DNA of 64,000 nucleotides from Eledone cirrhosa (Eukaryota). Both the position numbers and the translations under genes were made by a program. Position 1 is the first letter of the stretch. Each line of letters begins with the position of its first letter. The notes beneath the pieces are model-generated. The model had not been told where the DNA came from. It searched no databases and was given only the letters and a program-made list of their open reading frames with translations. Shown here piece after piece: positions 53,459-64,000 of the stretch. The stretch is taken from NCBI GenBank assembly GCA_964016885.1, contig OZ024744.1:64232001-64296000 (forward strand), read 5' to 3'.

Positions 53459-54040
53459 CTATTTTATGTCAATTTTGTTTTCATTCTTTACATGCTTCCA
53501 TGGGTTGGATGGATCTTTTTCAGCACAGCTTCCCTACATTTGTAGCATTCCTTCATCCTTCCTCTCCCCTGTGAGCTTCAGTGATTGAGATCTCTCTCAC
53601 CACCTCTACCCAGGACTTCCTTGGACTTCCTCTACTCTGGCTTCTTTCCATTGGGAATTCTTGGCATTTCTTCAACTAGCGATCATCATTCATTCACATG
53701 TCTACACCAGTGCAGTCATCTTTTCTTCTACCCACTACCTTTGATTCCTCCTATACACAGTTTTCCTCTCAGTTCATTGATGCTTTGTAGATCATATATA
53801 CTGCTATCACACATCCATTGGAGTATGCTTGCCTCATTACTTTGCAATCTTTGTAGGTCCTCTGCACAGAAAGCCCAAGTTACACTTCAATGCAGCATTA
53901 CAGTTTACATATTTGCATTATGCAATTTGCCCTTCACCCAAAGAGAGAACTCTTTGTAGCTAGCTGTAGTAGTAGCTCCCTGAACTTTTTCCAAAATTGT
54001 TTTCACTCTGGCTACTGAACTTTCAGAACATCCACCTCTT
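53225..54040 (-). mobile_element. Degenerate RTE 3' fragment with an expanded (CAT/CAC)n tail
   Basis: 53700-54040 is homologous to the RTE C-terminus (agtagctccctgaactttttcc); the microsatellite at 53225-53460 sits at the tail position. Confidence 0.7.
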
Positions 54041-54507
54041 CAGTTAATTAGGCCACAAAAGTAGTCCTTTCCAAATCTGGTTACTCTAGTAGAATTTAAC
54101 TTTAAATCACCACCACCACCACCACCACCAACACCACCATCATCATCATCCTCATTTGATATCGGTTCTCTGCTCACAAAGTTTGGATGGGTGCATTTTA
54201 TAGTGACACCAGCACTAAGGTGGTTGTCATGTATCTGACACAACTGAAGTGTCTTCTTGACACTTTGTTTGGTAAATTTTCTATAACAGATCTTCTTGCA
54301 ATCATCAACCATTTTGCAGAGTATACTGGGTGTGTTTAATGATGTGCACATAGAGTGGTTGTGCCCTTAACATGACAGAAATTCCATTTTTGGCATGGTT
54401 CCTATAACTGGATGCCCTTCCTATAACACCAGCCTCCTTACATGGTGTATTGGGTGCGTGAAGATAGATATATAGATGGGCAAACAGTTAAATAGATAGG
54501 TACATAG

Positions 54508-54600
<93 letters not shown>

Positions 54601-54946
54601 AATATATATATATGTATATATATAAGGAAAAGAGATTGAAAATGCAACTGGAGTTTATTCATTTACTTTACCAGTTTCACAGTTCTTATGATTTTCAAAA
54701 GTAAAATTGAGATGGAGGGTTTGTGTTTCTGTTGTGGTTTGTCTCGCATCTTTCTCTCTCTATAACGAAGGAGGTGTGGTAAGGAACCAGATGGAACATA
54801 ACGCACCAGAGTACTCAATACTTAGGGTAGTAGAGTGGGTAATAATGAGAAAATATGACCCCGACGGCAGAGCTCAAGCCGTTTCGACGGGTATTTCGTC
54901 GAAACGGCTTGAGCTCTGCCGTCGGGGTCATACTTTCTCCTATATA

Positions 54947-55648
54947 TACAATATCTGTTCGCAAGATTACTATCTATGAAAAAAATAACACAGTAGTTTT
55001 ATTATTTAAAATTTATTTATCAAACTTGGGTCAGTTTGTCTTCATGACTTGTTCTTTCGATCTCACTTGATAAACCCGCCATTGGCTTTGATGACGGCCT
55101 CAAGGCGGCCTCGGAACCGGCTACAGGCCTTCGTCACTGTCCCCCGACTTAGACCACACAAAGAAGTCGATGGGGTTGCAGTCAGGCGAGCTGGGAGGCC
55201 AGATGTCAGGTGAAGTGTGGTCGACAAAGTTCTCTGACAGCCAGGCTTGGGTCTTTTGGCTGGTATGGCAGGGCGCTGAGTCTTGCTGCCACACGTACGG
55301 CCTACCTGCAGCTACCTGGTCGATCCAGGTCTTTACTGCCTAATTCAGAACGCGGATGTAGCCATCGGTGTTCAGCTTGAGGCCCTCAGGGAAGTAGTGC
55401 GAGACAGCGAGCCACCTGTTGTTCTGGGAGTTGATCTTCTGGTCTTATTTGTCCTCCTGGCACAGATTCCAAGAACTCCGTGTCTCTTCCACAAATTTGG
55501 AGGTTCAAAATTATTCATAATCAATTATTCCGAAAATAAATAATGGAAATATAGTCACTGTTTTTATGAAGACAAGAGTGACAACGGAAGTAAAAAAAAT
55601 TTGCATAAAATTAGCAGTTGAAAATTGCGAACACATATCGTCCACACC

Positions 55649-55653
<5 letters not shown>
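54947..55653 (-). mobile_element. Internally deleted Tc1/mariner-superfamily transposon, DD37D (maT) type
   Basis: Minus strand GRPYVWQQDSAPCHTSQKTQAWLSENFVDHTSPDIWPPSSPDCNPIDFFVW has 37 residues between the second and third D; terminus TA-CAGGGTG at 55653; partial matching TIR atat(c/g)tgttcgcaa at 54951. Confidence 0.85.
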
Positions 55654-55698
<45 letters not shown>

Positions 55699-55934
55699 CA
55701 AGGAAACAACAAAGAGGTACAAAAAGTCTTATTAGTTTCACACTTTATATGGAAAAGAGGAAAGAAAGTTCGATGTGTTGGGCTTAAGCCTTTCTTCAGG
55801 AGAGGAGTACAAATATATATGTATATATATATATATATATATGGAGGCACATGCCTTAGTGGTTAGAGCATTGGCCTTGCAATCGAAAGGTTGTGAGTTC
55901 AATTCTCAGACCGGATGATGTGTTGTTTCCTTCG

Positions 55935-56935
55935 ATGTGCCAGTCGCCCATTTTCCTCGATCTTTGCTTGACCCAGGACTGCAGCTCGGTCAGCGAGACG
56001 AGTCGTGGGAAGGCTCGCCTCACGAATGGGGCCCACACCGGTTGTCCGGTGAGGAATACGTAGAGATTCCGCAGCCTGAGCGCGTGTTTGTGCATGGTCA
56101 GCCACGGCAACCCCAGCCCTCCGTTGGAAGGGTGTTGGCAGCAGATGGATCTTCTCACAAAAAAGGAGCCCGCTTCTTCCAAAGGAATTGGAAGAGCACG
56201 CGCTCAATTTTAGTGAGCGTTTTGGCTGGACAAGGCACGACGGTCAAGCGGTAGTAGATGACGGACCCTATAAAAGTGTTCGCCACCTCCGCTCGACCTT
56301 TCAAGGATAGTTTGCACTCGGCCCACTTCTGGGTGAGTGCAAACACCTTGGCCGTCACCTCGTTCCAGTTTTTCTCCACCTGGAGATCCGGACCAAACCA
56401 GACCCCGAGCAGCTTTACCGGTCCTTCCGTCCAGCGTCCGACGACGCCATCGGAAGGCATCAGTTTGCCTCTCCACGATCCGAGTTGCAAATCGATGGAC
56501 TTGTCCCGGTTCAGCTTCGCTCCTGTGAACCTTTCGTATTCCTTCAGTAAGGTGCCAACTTCCTCGATTTGCGAGGTGCTCGACACCATTACTGTCACGG
56601 CGGCGTAGGCCGACACCGCTTTCTGCAGTCCCGGTTCCAGAGGGATGCCCTGCAATAGCTCCAACTTCCGCAGTAGTGGCTCGAGAGTCAGTACGTATAG
56701 AAGGGAGGAGAGAGGGCATCCTTGTCGGATAGATCGCGTGATATGGAACGGCTCCGAGAGGTAGCCGTTCACTTTGACCCTTGATCAGATGTTGCTGTTG
56801 TGCATTGCAGCAATTCAGGCCCTGAACACGGGTCCGAAGCCTGCCGCCTCGAGCACCGCATCCAGGTAACGAAGGTCAACCCTATCGAAAGCTTTAGACT
56901 AATCCAAGTTGATCAGGGCCCCACCGAAGCCGAGT
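55935..56935 (-). mobile_element. Tx1/L1-clade LINE RT fragment (a separate C-terminal piece lies at about 57630-57960)
   Basis: LINLD*SKAFDRV, SIRQGCPLSSLLYVLTLEPLL, AYA(DD missing)VTV, LLGVWFG and GGLGLP; GC-rich relative to flanks. Confidence 0.85.
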
Positions 56936-56963
56936 TTACACCCTACCCTCCGATAGATAGATA

Positions 56964-57019
<56 letters not shown>

Positions 57020-57185
57020 TATATACACTATATATACACTATATATATACACATATATATACACTATATATACACTATATATATACATACATATATATAT
57101 ATATACTATATATACACTATCCAGGAAAAACTTGAACATTAAAATCTCCTTCCTGGATATGTCAATATTTATAAAACAAACTTTG

Positions 57186-57246
57186 TATTTTATCTGATGA
57201 GAGCGTACCAAAGTTTTGGTACCCTTGAAATATATATAATAGAATA
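57186..57246 (+). ncRNA. Candidate minimal type I hammerhead ribozyme (Penelope/retrozyme type)
   Basis: Stem I tattttat/atagaata; core CTGATGA (57194-57200); stem II gagcgtaccaaa/tttggtaccctt; GAAA (57227-57230); short stem III with palindromic loop ATAT; AUA cleavage triplet. Confidence 0.65.
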
Positions 57247-57974
57247 AATATGGTTTTATAAATATAGTTTCCATTTATTTAATATCATTGATATATATAT
57301 ATATATATACACATATGTATATATGTATATATGTATATATATATATATCTACATACATATACATACTTATACATACATATATATATATATATATACAGAT
57401 ATACACATGAGTATGTATGTGTGTGTGTGTGTATGTATAAGATATATTCCATATCTGTTGGCTGGATGGGTTGGCTGCAAAAAAGAAAAAGAAAAAAAAA
57501 AGACTTTTGCACCACTAACTAGTATTTCTAGGCTGTTGGAATGAATAACAGTAGGTTCTTACATATGTTCTAGCTGGCAAGATGAGGTGCTAAGATACAG
57601 GTAGATAGATAGGGGAATAGATGGATAGATATGTTTCTTTATTAGCCACAGGGGCACAAAAGAAGGGGACAAATACAAAGGGGGAAGTAAAATGCAATTT
57701 AAAAATTAATCGATTTTCCCCAATAGGGGGAGATATTTCATGTGGGTAACACATACCTCCGAAAAAAAAAGTGCAACCATCATCTCCAGGAGTACGAAGA
57801 GTTTGTACGCCTTTCCTCTCTTCCTCTTTTACCTCAACCTACAGGCTGATATAGAGAGAAGGCCCATTCTCGCCACTTTCACCCACCTTTCATAAAACTT
57901 ACTGGGGTACAGCACCTCTCTCTCCATCCAGATTCTTCTTCTAAAGTAGTATTTGAAAAAAAGATAGATAGACA

Positions 57975-58038
<64 letters not shown>

Positions 58039-58664
58039 TATGTGTGTGATTGTGTGTGTATCGCGGTTTCAATCAGGGGTAACCACAGTAAGGAAGGTAC
58101 TCAATACATAGTAGAGTATAAATATTTAATATAGAAATGGCTTCTAGAGGACTAGAACTGTTTCATTCAAAGGAAATCACCAGGAAAGCTTTCATGATGA
58201 TTTCCTTCGAATGAAACAGTTCTAGTCCTCTAGAAGCCATTTCTATATTAACCCTTTAGCATTTACATTATATTATATTTACTATTATATTTTCATGGTA
58301 AAGGCTTTATCTCACATAATTATCTCATATAATATCAACTCTATAGATTTTGAGAACAATATCTTAACATCATATGAGTGGCCGGTTAGATCTGGTTGGA
58401 GTAGAAAGATGTGAGAGAATTCTGGCCGGATATGGCTGGTTTAAATGCTAAAGGATTTAAATATATATTTATAGGGGAAAGAATCAGGAGCTTGTTGGCT
58501 GAGCTCCGGCCGTTTCAACAGCTAGATCCGAACTATATATATATAATCATCATCATCACCAACATCGTTTTTTTCATCCGTTTTTCCACGCTTATACACA
58601 CACACACACACATATATACATATATATAAAAACAGAGAGAGGGACAAGGGAGAAGAGAGAGAGA

Positions 58665-58756
<92 letters not shown>

Positions 58757-58999
58757 AAGGAGAGACATGAATCCAGTACCTAAAGATTATTTAGATTATA
58801 TGAAGAATGAGAAGATTTTTTTGGTTTCGAAAGAAGTGTAGATAGTCTAGCAATGATATGTTAAGCTGATGTATACCAGATGAGATGTTTTCTGCTTCAC
58901 TGACTGACGATATGGCAAAGTTGCAAAATTTTTGATTGGCAGGAAGAGTGAGGTCAGCTAGCTACTCTAGATTCTAAAACAAGTAGTGATTGGGTGGCA

Positions 59000-59724
59000 G
59001 GTGGCGCTGGTAGTAGTGGTGGTGGTGGTGGTGGTGTTTGTGGCGGCGGTGGTGGTGGTGGTGTTGTTGTTGTTGGTGTTGGTGTTGGTGGTAGTAGTTG
59101 TGGTGGCGGTGGCGGTGGTTGGTGGTGGTGGTGGTGCTGGTGGTAGTGGTGGTGTTGGTGGTGGTGGTGTTTGTGGTGGTGGTGTTAGTGGTGTTTTTGT
59201 TGGTGGTGGTGTTGTTGGTGGTGGTGATGGTAGTGGTGGTGATGATGGTGGTGGTGATGGTGGTGGTGGTAGTGGTGGTGGTCGTGTTATTGTTGGTGGT
59301 GGTGGTGATGGTAGTATTGGTGGGGGGGGGGGGGGGGGGGTAGTGGTGGTGCTGGGTCTGGTGCTGGTGTTGGTGGAGGTGGTGTTGGTGGTGGTGGTGA
59401 TGGTAGTGATGGTGTTGGTGTTGATGTTATTGCTGTTGGTCGTGGTGTTGTTGTTGGTCGGGGTGATGGATGGTAGTGGTGGTGTTGATGGTGGTGGTGA
59501 TGGTAGTGGTGGTGTTGGTGTTGATGTTGTTATTGTTATTGTTGGTGGTGGTGTTGTTGTTGGTGGTGATGATGGTAGTGGTGGTGGTGGTAGTGGAGGT
59601 GGTGGTGTTGGTCGTGTTGGTGGAGGTGGTGGTAGTAGTGGTGTTGGTAGTGGTGGTGTTGATGTTGGTGTTGGTATAGGTGGTGGTGTTGGTGTTGGTG
59701 GTAGCGGTGGTGTCGGTGTTGTTG

Positions 59725-59755
<31 letters not shown>

Positions 59756-59760
59756 GGACC
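59000..59760. repeat. Degenerate (GGT)n/(GTT)n low-complexity tract
   Basis: Directly visible. Confidence 0.95.
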
Positions 59761-61038
59761 ATTGATTGTGATCGTAATGCTAGTGCTGGTGGTAGTGGAA
59801 GTGATGGTGGTGATGTTTACCTTGATGCTGTTGTTGTTGATGATGATGATGTTGTGTAGCCACAGGTCAACCCTAATAAAGCAGAGATCTATTTATGATA
59901 AAAATCATTCAAGATGTGGCCATTTTAGATATAATGTTTGGGTTAGAGGTGTAGAATCTGGCACAACCCCATCCACCTTCCTCTCCCTCATCCTCCTTCC
60001 ACCCAATCCTCCTTCCACCCCTTTTTTTAAAATAATTTAATTCATTTTCTTTCTTCCTGTTCATTATGCAAACTATTTATGTAACTAAAATTGATGGCTG
60101 ATTGGGAAAGGCCATCTAAAATATCACTTCACTTTCTGACAATAAAAACTTCTATATATCATCAATGATCATCATCGTTTAACGTTCACCTTCCATGCTA
60201 GCATGGGTTAGACGGGTTGTCACAGTACACACAGGACTGTTTCTGGCCAAGTTTCTACAGTTGGGTGCCCTTCCTAATACCAACCTCATTTAGAGTGTGT
60301 GCTGGGTGCTTTTTGTCCTGACTCCTACATGACCTCTTTACAGTGTGGACTGAGTGCTTTCTATCATGTAGCCTACATGACCACTTTACAGTGTGGTCTG
60401 GATGATTTTTGTTGTGACACCTACATGCCCACTTTACAATGGGAGGGTGGAGGGTGGGGTGGGGGAGCATAAACAACAACCAAATTCCTCTGAACAAAAT
60501 AGTAAAGATCAATTCGTTTATCTATCTTCCCAAACATTATTTCATATATATTCCTAAGAATGACAAAAAACTAATGAGACAACAATGATCTTGAAATAAA
60601 AAATTTTCCTTTTATTTTCCCAAATAATGATTTCTAACATTGGCACAAGGTTAACAATTTTGGAGTAAAGGGAACGTCAATTGTATTGACCAAAGTACAT
60701 GACTGGGACTTTATTTTATTGAACTCAGAAGGGTGAAAGGTAAAGTTGACCTCAGTGGTTGGATTTGAAACAACACATCTCAGACCGGGTGATGTGTTGT
60801 TTCCTTGAGCAAGACACTTTATTTCACATTGCTCCAGTTTACTCAGCTGTAGAAATGAGATGATAGGGACTGGGGTCCCTATCATTCCACTGCAAAGTGG
60901 TCGTGGAGGTGCCACGGAAAAAAAGCACCCAGCACTCACTGTAAATGAGGTTGGTGTTAGGAAGGGCATCCAGCTGTAGAAATCAAGCCAGAATCAGTTC
61001 CTGCCCCACCCTTGCAGGCAGGGAAAAGCGGACGTAAA

Positions 61039-61076
<38 letters not shown>

Positions 61077-61294
61077 TGTAGTGGGGCCATAACAAAATAC
61101 TGAAATGCAGTTCATCTTTGGCAATAATGATTCAACCAATCTACTATAGTCCTGCAGTGTCCTAAACAATGATATCAAGACAAAGATGGCTCTAGCACTC
61201 TGGCTTTGAAACAAATGAAGACAATGTTGTTATAGCAATTATAAGTTTATAGAAATGAAGAAAATATTGTTTATATATAGCTAATAGAATTTTG

Positions 61295-62485
61295 GAAACT
61301 ATATGTATAGTAAAACGTCTGGTTAAGATATAACCACATATTGAACGGAGAGCAGGAGTGAAAGGAAGCATGAGATGAGAAATGGGAGCTGTATAGAGAG
61401 AGAGAAGAGGAGAGGAGAGAAGAAGAAGAAGAGAAAAGTGGGAATGAGATCGATGGAACAGAATTTTTGGAGAATTGCATAAAAGGATAAAAATAATAGA
61501 GAAAAACAAGAAAAATAGAACTTTAGCATTATATGAATCATCAGCTTCCTACTAGAGCAACCTAGTCTCTCACGGTAGAGGAAGGGCAATGTATATAAAT
61601 CTAGCCAACACAACAGAACCTACATTTCTGTTGTTCAGATGCTGGAACAGGGGAACAAGAGAGCAGTGGGGCATGTCTATACCAAACCATGATCGACAGG
61701 AAAGGCGGTTGTTGGTTATTCTGATGGGGACAGCAGCAGCAGTAGGCAACAAGAGAGTGGAAGAATCAGCAGCAGCAATGGTAATAACAAGGGAGAAGCA
61801 ATAGCGGGAGAAACAAAAATAGATAGACAGGGGCACAAAATAGGTAGATAGTTAAAGATATAAAGAGTTACCTGTCTCTTGCACCACATCTGTTCAATTT
61901 AGAAAGCCAACTTGGCTCAAATTATGTAAACATTAGTTGAAAAAGTTTGAAGTGATGAGTTTATATGAATTTTCGTAAAATTGTAGCATCCTCAACAGCT
62001 GAATACTATATGTATAGGAAAACGTTTGGTTAAGATATAACCACATATTGAATGGAGAGTAGGAGTGAAAGGAAGAAAGAGAGTTGAAAGCATGAGATGA
62101 GAAATGAGAGGGGTATAGAGAGAGAGAAGAAAAGAGAAAAGGAGAAGAGAAAAGTGGGAAGGAGATTGATGGAACAGAACTTCTGGAGATTTGCGAAAGA
62201 GGATAAAAATAATGGAGAAAGGATGAAGAGAGTAACTAGAAAAATAGAACAATGTATATAAATCTAGCCAACACAACAGAACCTAAATTTCTGTTGTTCA
62301 GATGCTGGAACAGGGGAACAAGAGAGAAGTGGGGCATGTCTAACCCAAGCTATGATCAACAGGAAAAGAGGCTGTTGGTTATTCTGACAAGGACAACAGC
62401 AGCAGTAGGTGACATAGAGCAGACACATCAGCAGCAGCAGCAGTGGTAATAACAAAGGAGAGGAAATAGTGGGAGAAACAAATAT
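61295..62485. repeat. Diverged local direct duplication of about 500 bp (61295-61825 and 62005-62485)
   Basis: Colinear matches such as ggttaagatataaccacatattgaa and aatgtatataaatctagccaacacaacagaacct. Confidence 0.85.
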
Positions 62486-62486
62486 A

Positions 62487-63635
62487 TCATCATTATCATC
62501 ATTTTACATCCGTTCTTCCATACTAGCATGGGTTAGACGGGTTGTCCTGTTATGGGCAGTGTCCGGTTGGCTGACCTTGTCTTGCTTATACAGGAACTGA
62601 TTCTGGCTTGATTTCTACAGCTGGATGCCCTTCCTAGCACCAACCTCATTTACAGTGAGTGCTGGGTGATTTTTTTCCGTGGCGCCTACACGTCCATTTT
62701 GCAGTGGGAGAGGATGGGGGCATATTGTCTATATGCTTCAGCTTCGGCTTGATCATGTGGGAAGTCAGGTCTTCTGTATTACTGCGTAACGTCAGAGGTC
62801 TCGGTCCTTTGAGAGGTGCAATTGGGCAAGGTCGGCTTTTATCACCTCATCCCAGGTCTTCTTAGGTCTCCCCACTCCACGGCTTCCATCAACTTTTAGT
62901 GCTCTGCACCTTTTTATGCAGCTGTCATCCTTTATACGCATCACAGGTCCATACCAACACATCCTCCTCTCCTGCACACAGCATTTGATTCCTCCTATGC
63001 TCAGTCTCTCTCTCAATTCATTTATGCTTTGTCGTTCGTGTATATTACTATTACACATCCATCGGAGCATGCAGGCTTCGTTTCTTTCTAATGTACGCAA
63101 GTCTTCTGCACACAGTGCCCATGTCTCACTACCATATAACATTGCTGTTCGTATGCACGCATCATACAGTCTGCTTTTCACTTTGAGGGAAAAGCCTTTT
63201 GCAGCTAGCAGTGGCAGTAGCTCCTTGAACTTCTTTCATCCCGTTCTTACCCTAGTTATTGTACTTTCCAAACACCCACCTCCATTGCTAATTTAGTCAC
63301 CTAAGTAGCAAAAGCTGTCTAATGTTTCTACAGAGCCCTCCCAGAGTTTGGTGATACTTGTTTCCTGTGGTGTTTGCTGCTTGCTGTCCCGGCACAGCTG
63401 CTGCATGTAAAACCTATATTCTTAGCTAAGCTTCCTGAGATCCCATTACATCTCTTGTGTGCCTATTGTTTGCATTTGGGACAGAGGATGGAGTTCCTAC
63501 CTACACCTTTCTACATACTGAGCAAGGCTATTTCTCTGAAGGGATCTGGGTTCTGTTTTCTCTTCTACTTACGAGGACCTTAGTCTTTGTCAGGTTGACT
63601 TTGAGACCCTTTCTTTCTAGTACCTGCTTCCATGT
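62487..63635 (-). mobile_element. RTE LINE, 5'-truncated, with 3' UTR and (GAT)n tail
   Basis: Same family as 500-2555 and 5775-7265 (MKSRLYDACIRTAMLYGSETW...GRPKKTW). Confidence 0.92.
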
Positions 63636-63875
63636 TTATATATATATAATGTAGAAATTTAAAAAAATTTTTTTTTAATGACCATGCTGTAAAATGGAGG
63701 GGTAGAGAGGGCCCTTGAGTCTAGTAAGACATCCTCTCTAGTGCTGGTGGCACAAATAGAAGCACCCAGTCCATGCTGTAAAGTGGCGCTGGTGTTAGGA
63801 AGGGCATTCAACCAGTGTATCAATGCCAAAACGCTTATCAGCACAGCAACAAATAGATAGGAACAACAACAAAAT

Positions 63876-64000
63876 ATGAAGACATCGCATCTCAGAGTTG
63901 CAACACTTAATGTTGGCACTCTCAGAGGTAGATCTGCTGAAATAGCGGAGATGCTAGAGAGAAGGCAGGTGGATGTGTGCTGCGTGCAAGAGGTGAGATG
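63876..64000 (+). mobile_element. Start of an RTE ORF (APE endonuclease N-terminus), running off the window
   Basis: MKTSHLRVATLNVGTLRGRSAEIAEMLERRQVDVCCVQEVR with the TLNV and CVQE APE motifs; open from ATG 63876 to the window end. Confidence 0.85.

Noticed and set aside
55843-55915. tRNA-like sequence (A and B boxes, possible GCA anticodon)
   Set aside because: The acceptor stem does not pair, and the sequence matches the SINE head at 16650-16720; it is a truncated SINE, not a tRNA gene.

Overview
This is AT-rich, repeat-dense eukaryotic (animal) DNA. The repeat content (RTE LINEs with (GAT)n tails, tRNA-headed SINEs, very many microsatellites) suggests a cephalopod such as Octopus, but that is an inference. 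The only host gene I can support is SLC25A21 (mitochondrial 2-oxodicarboxylate carrier, ODC) on the + strand. Seven GT-AG coding exons between 16797 and 33339 join in phase; the first coding exon was not found and probably lies upstream of the window. Everything else is mobile or repetitive: fragments of RTE, CR1 and Tx1/L1 LINEs, two Penelope-like (GIY-YIG) fragments, a deleted DD37D/maT transposon, piggyBac- and hAT-like MITEs, several modular SINE families, and three large minisatellites (34, 40 and 49 bp units). The most notable signal is a cluster of hammerhead-ribozyme motifs of the Penelope/retrozyme type: one apparently intact minimal type I hammerhead at 57186-57246, two long palindromes centred on hammerhead-like cores, and decayed copies. 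Other highlights are three SINEs from different subfamilies stacked at one target site, a 13-bp duplication of an SLC25A21 splice acceptor around a SINE, a PHD finger inside the RTE ORF, and satellites seeded from RTE 3' ends. Boundaries of degenerate repeats are approximate.
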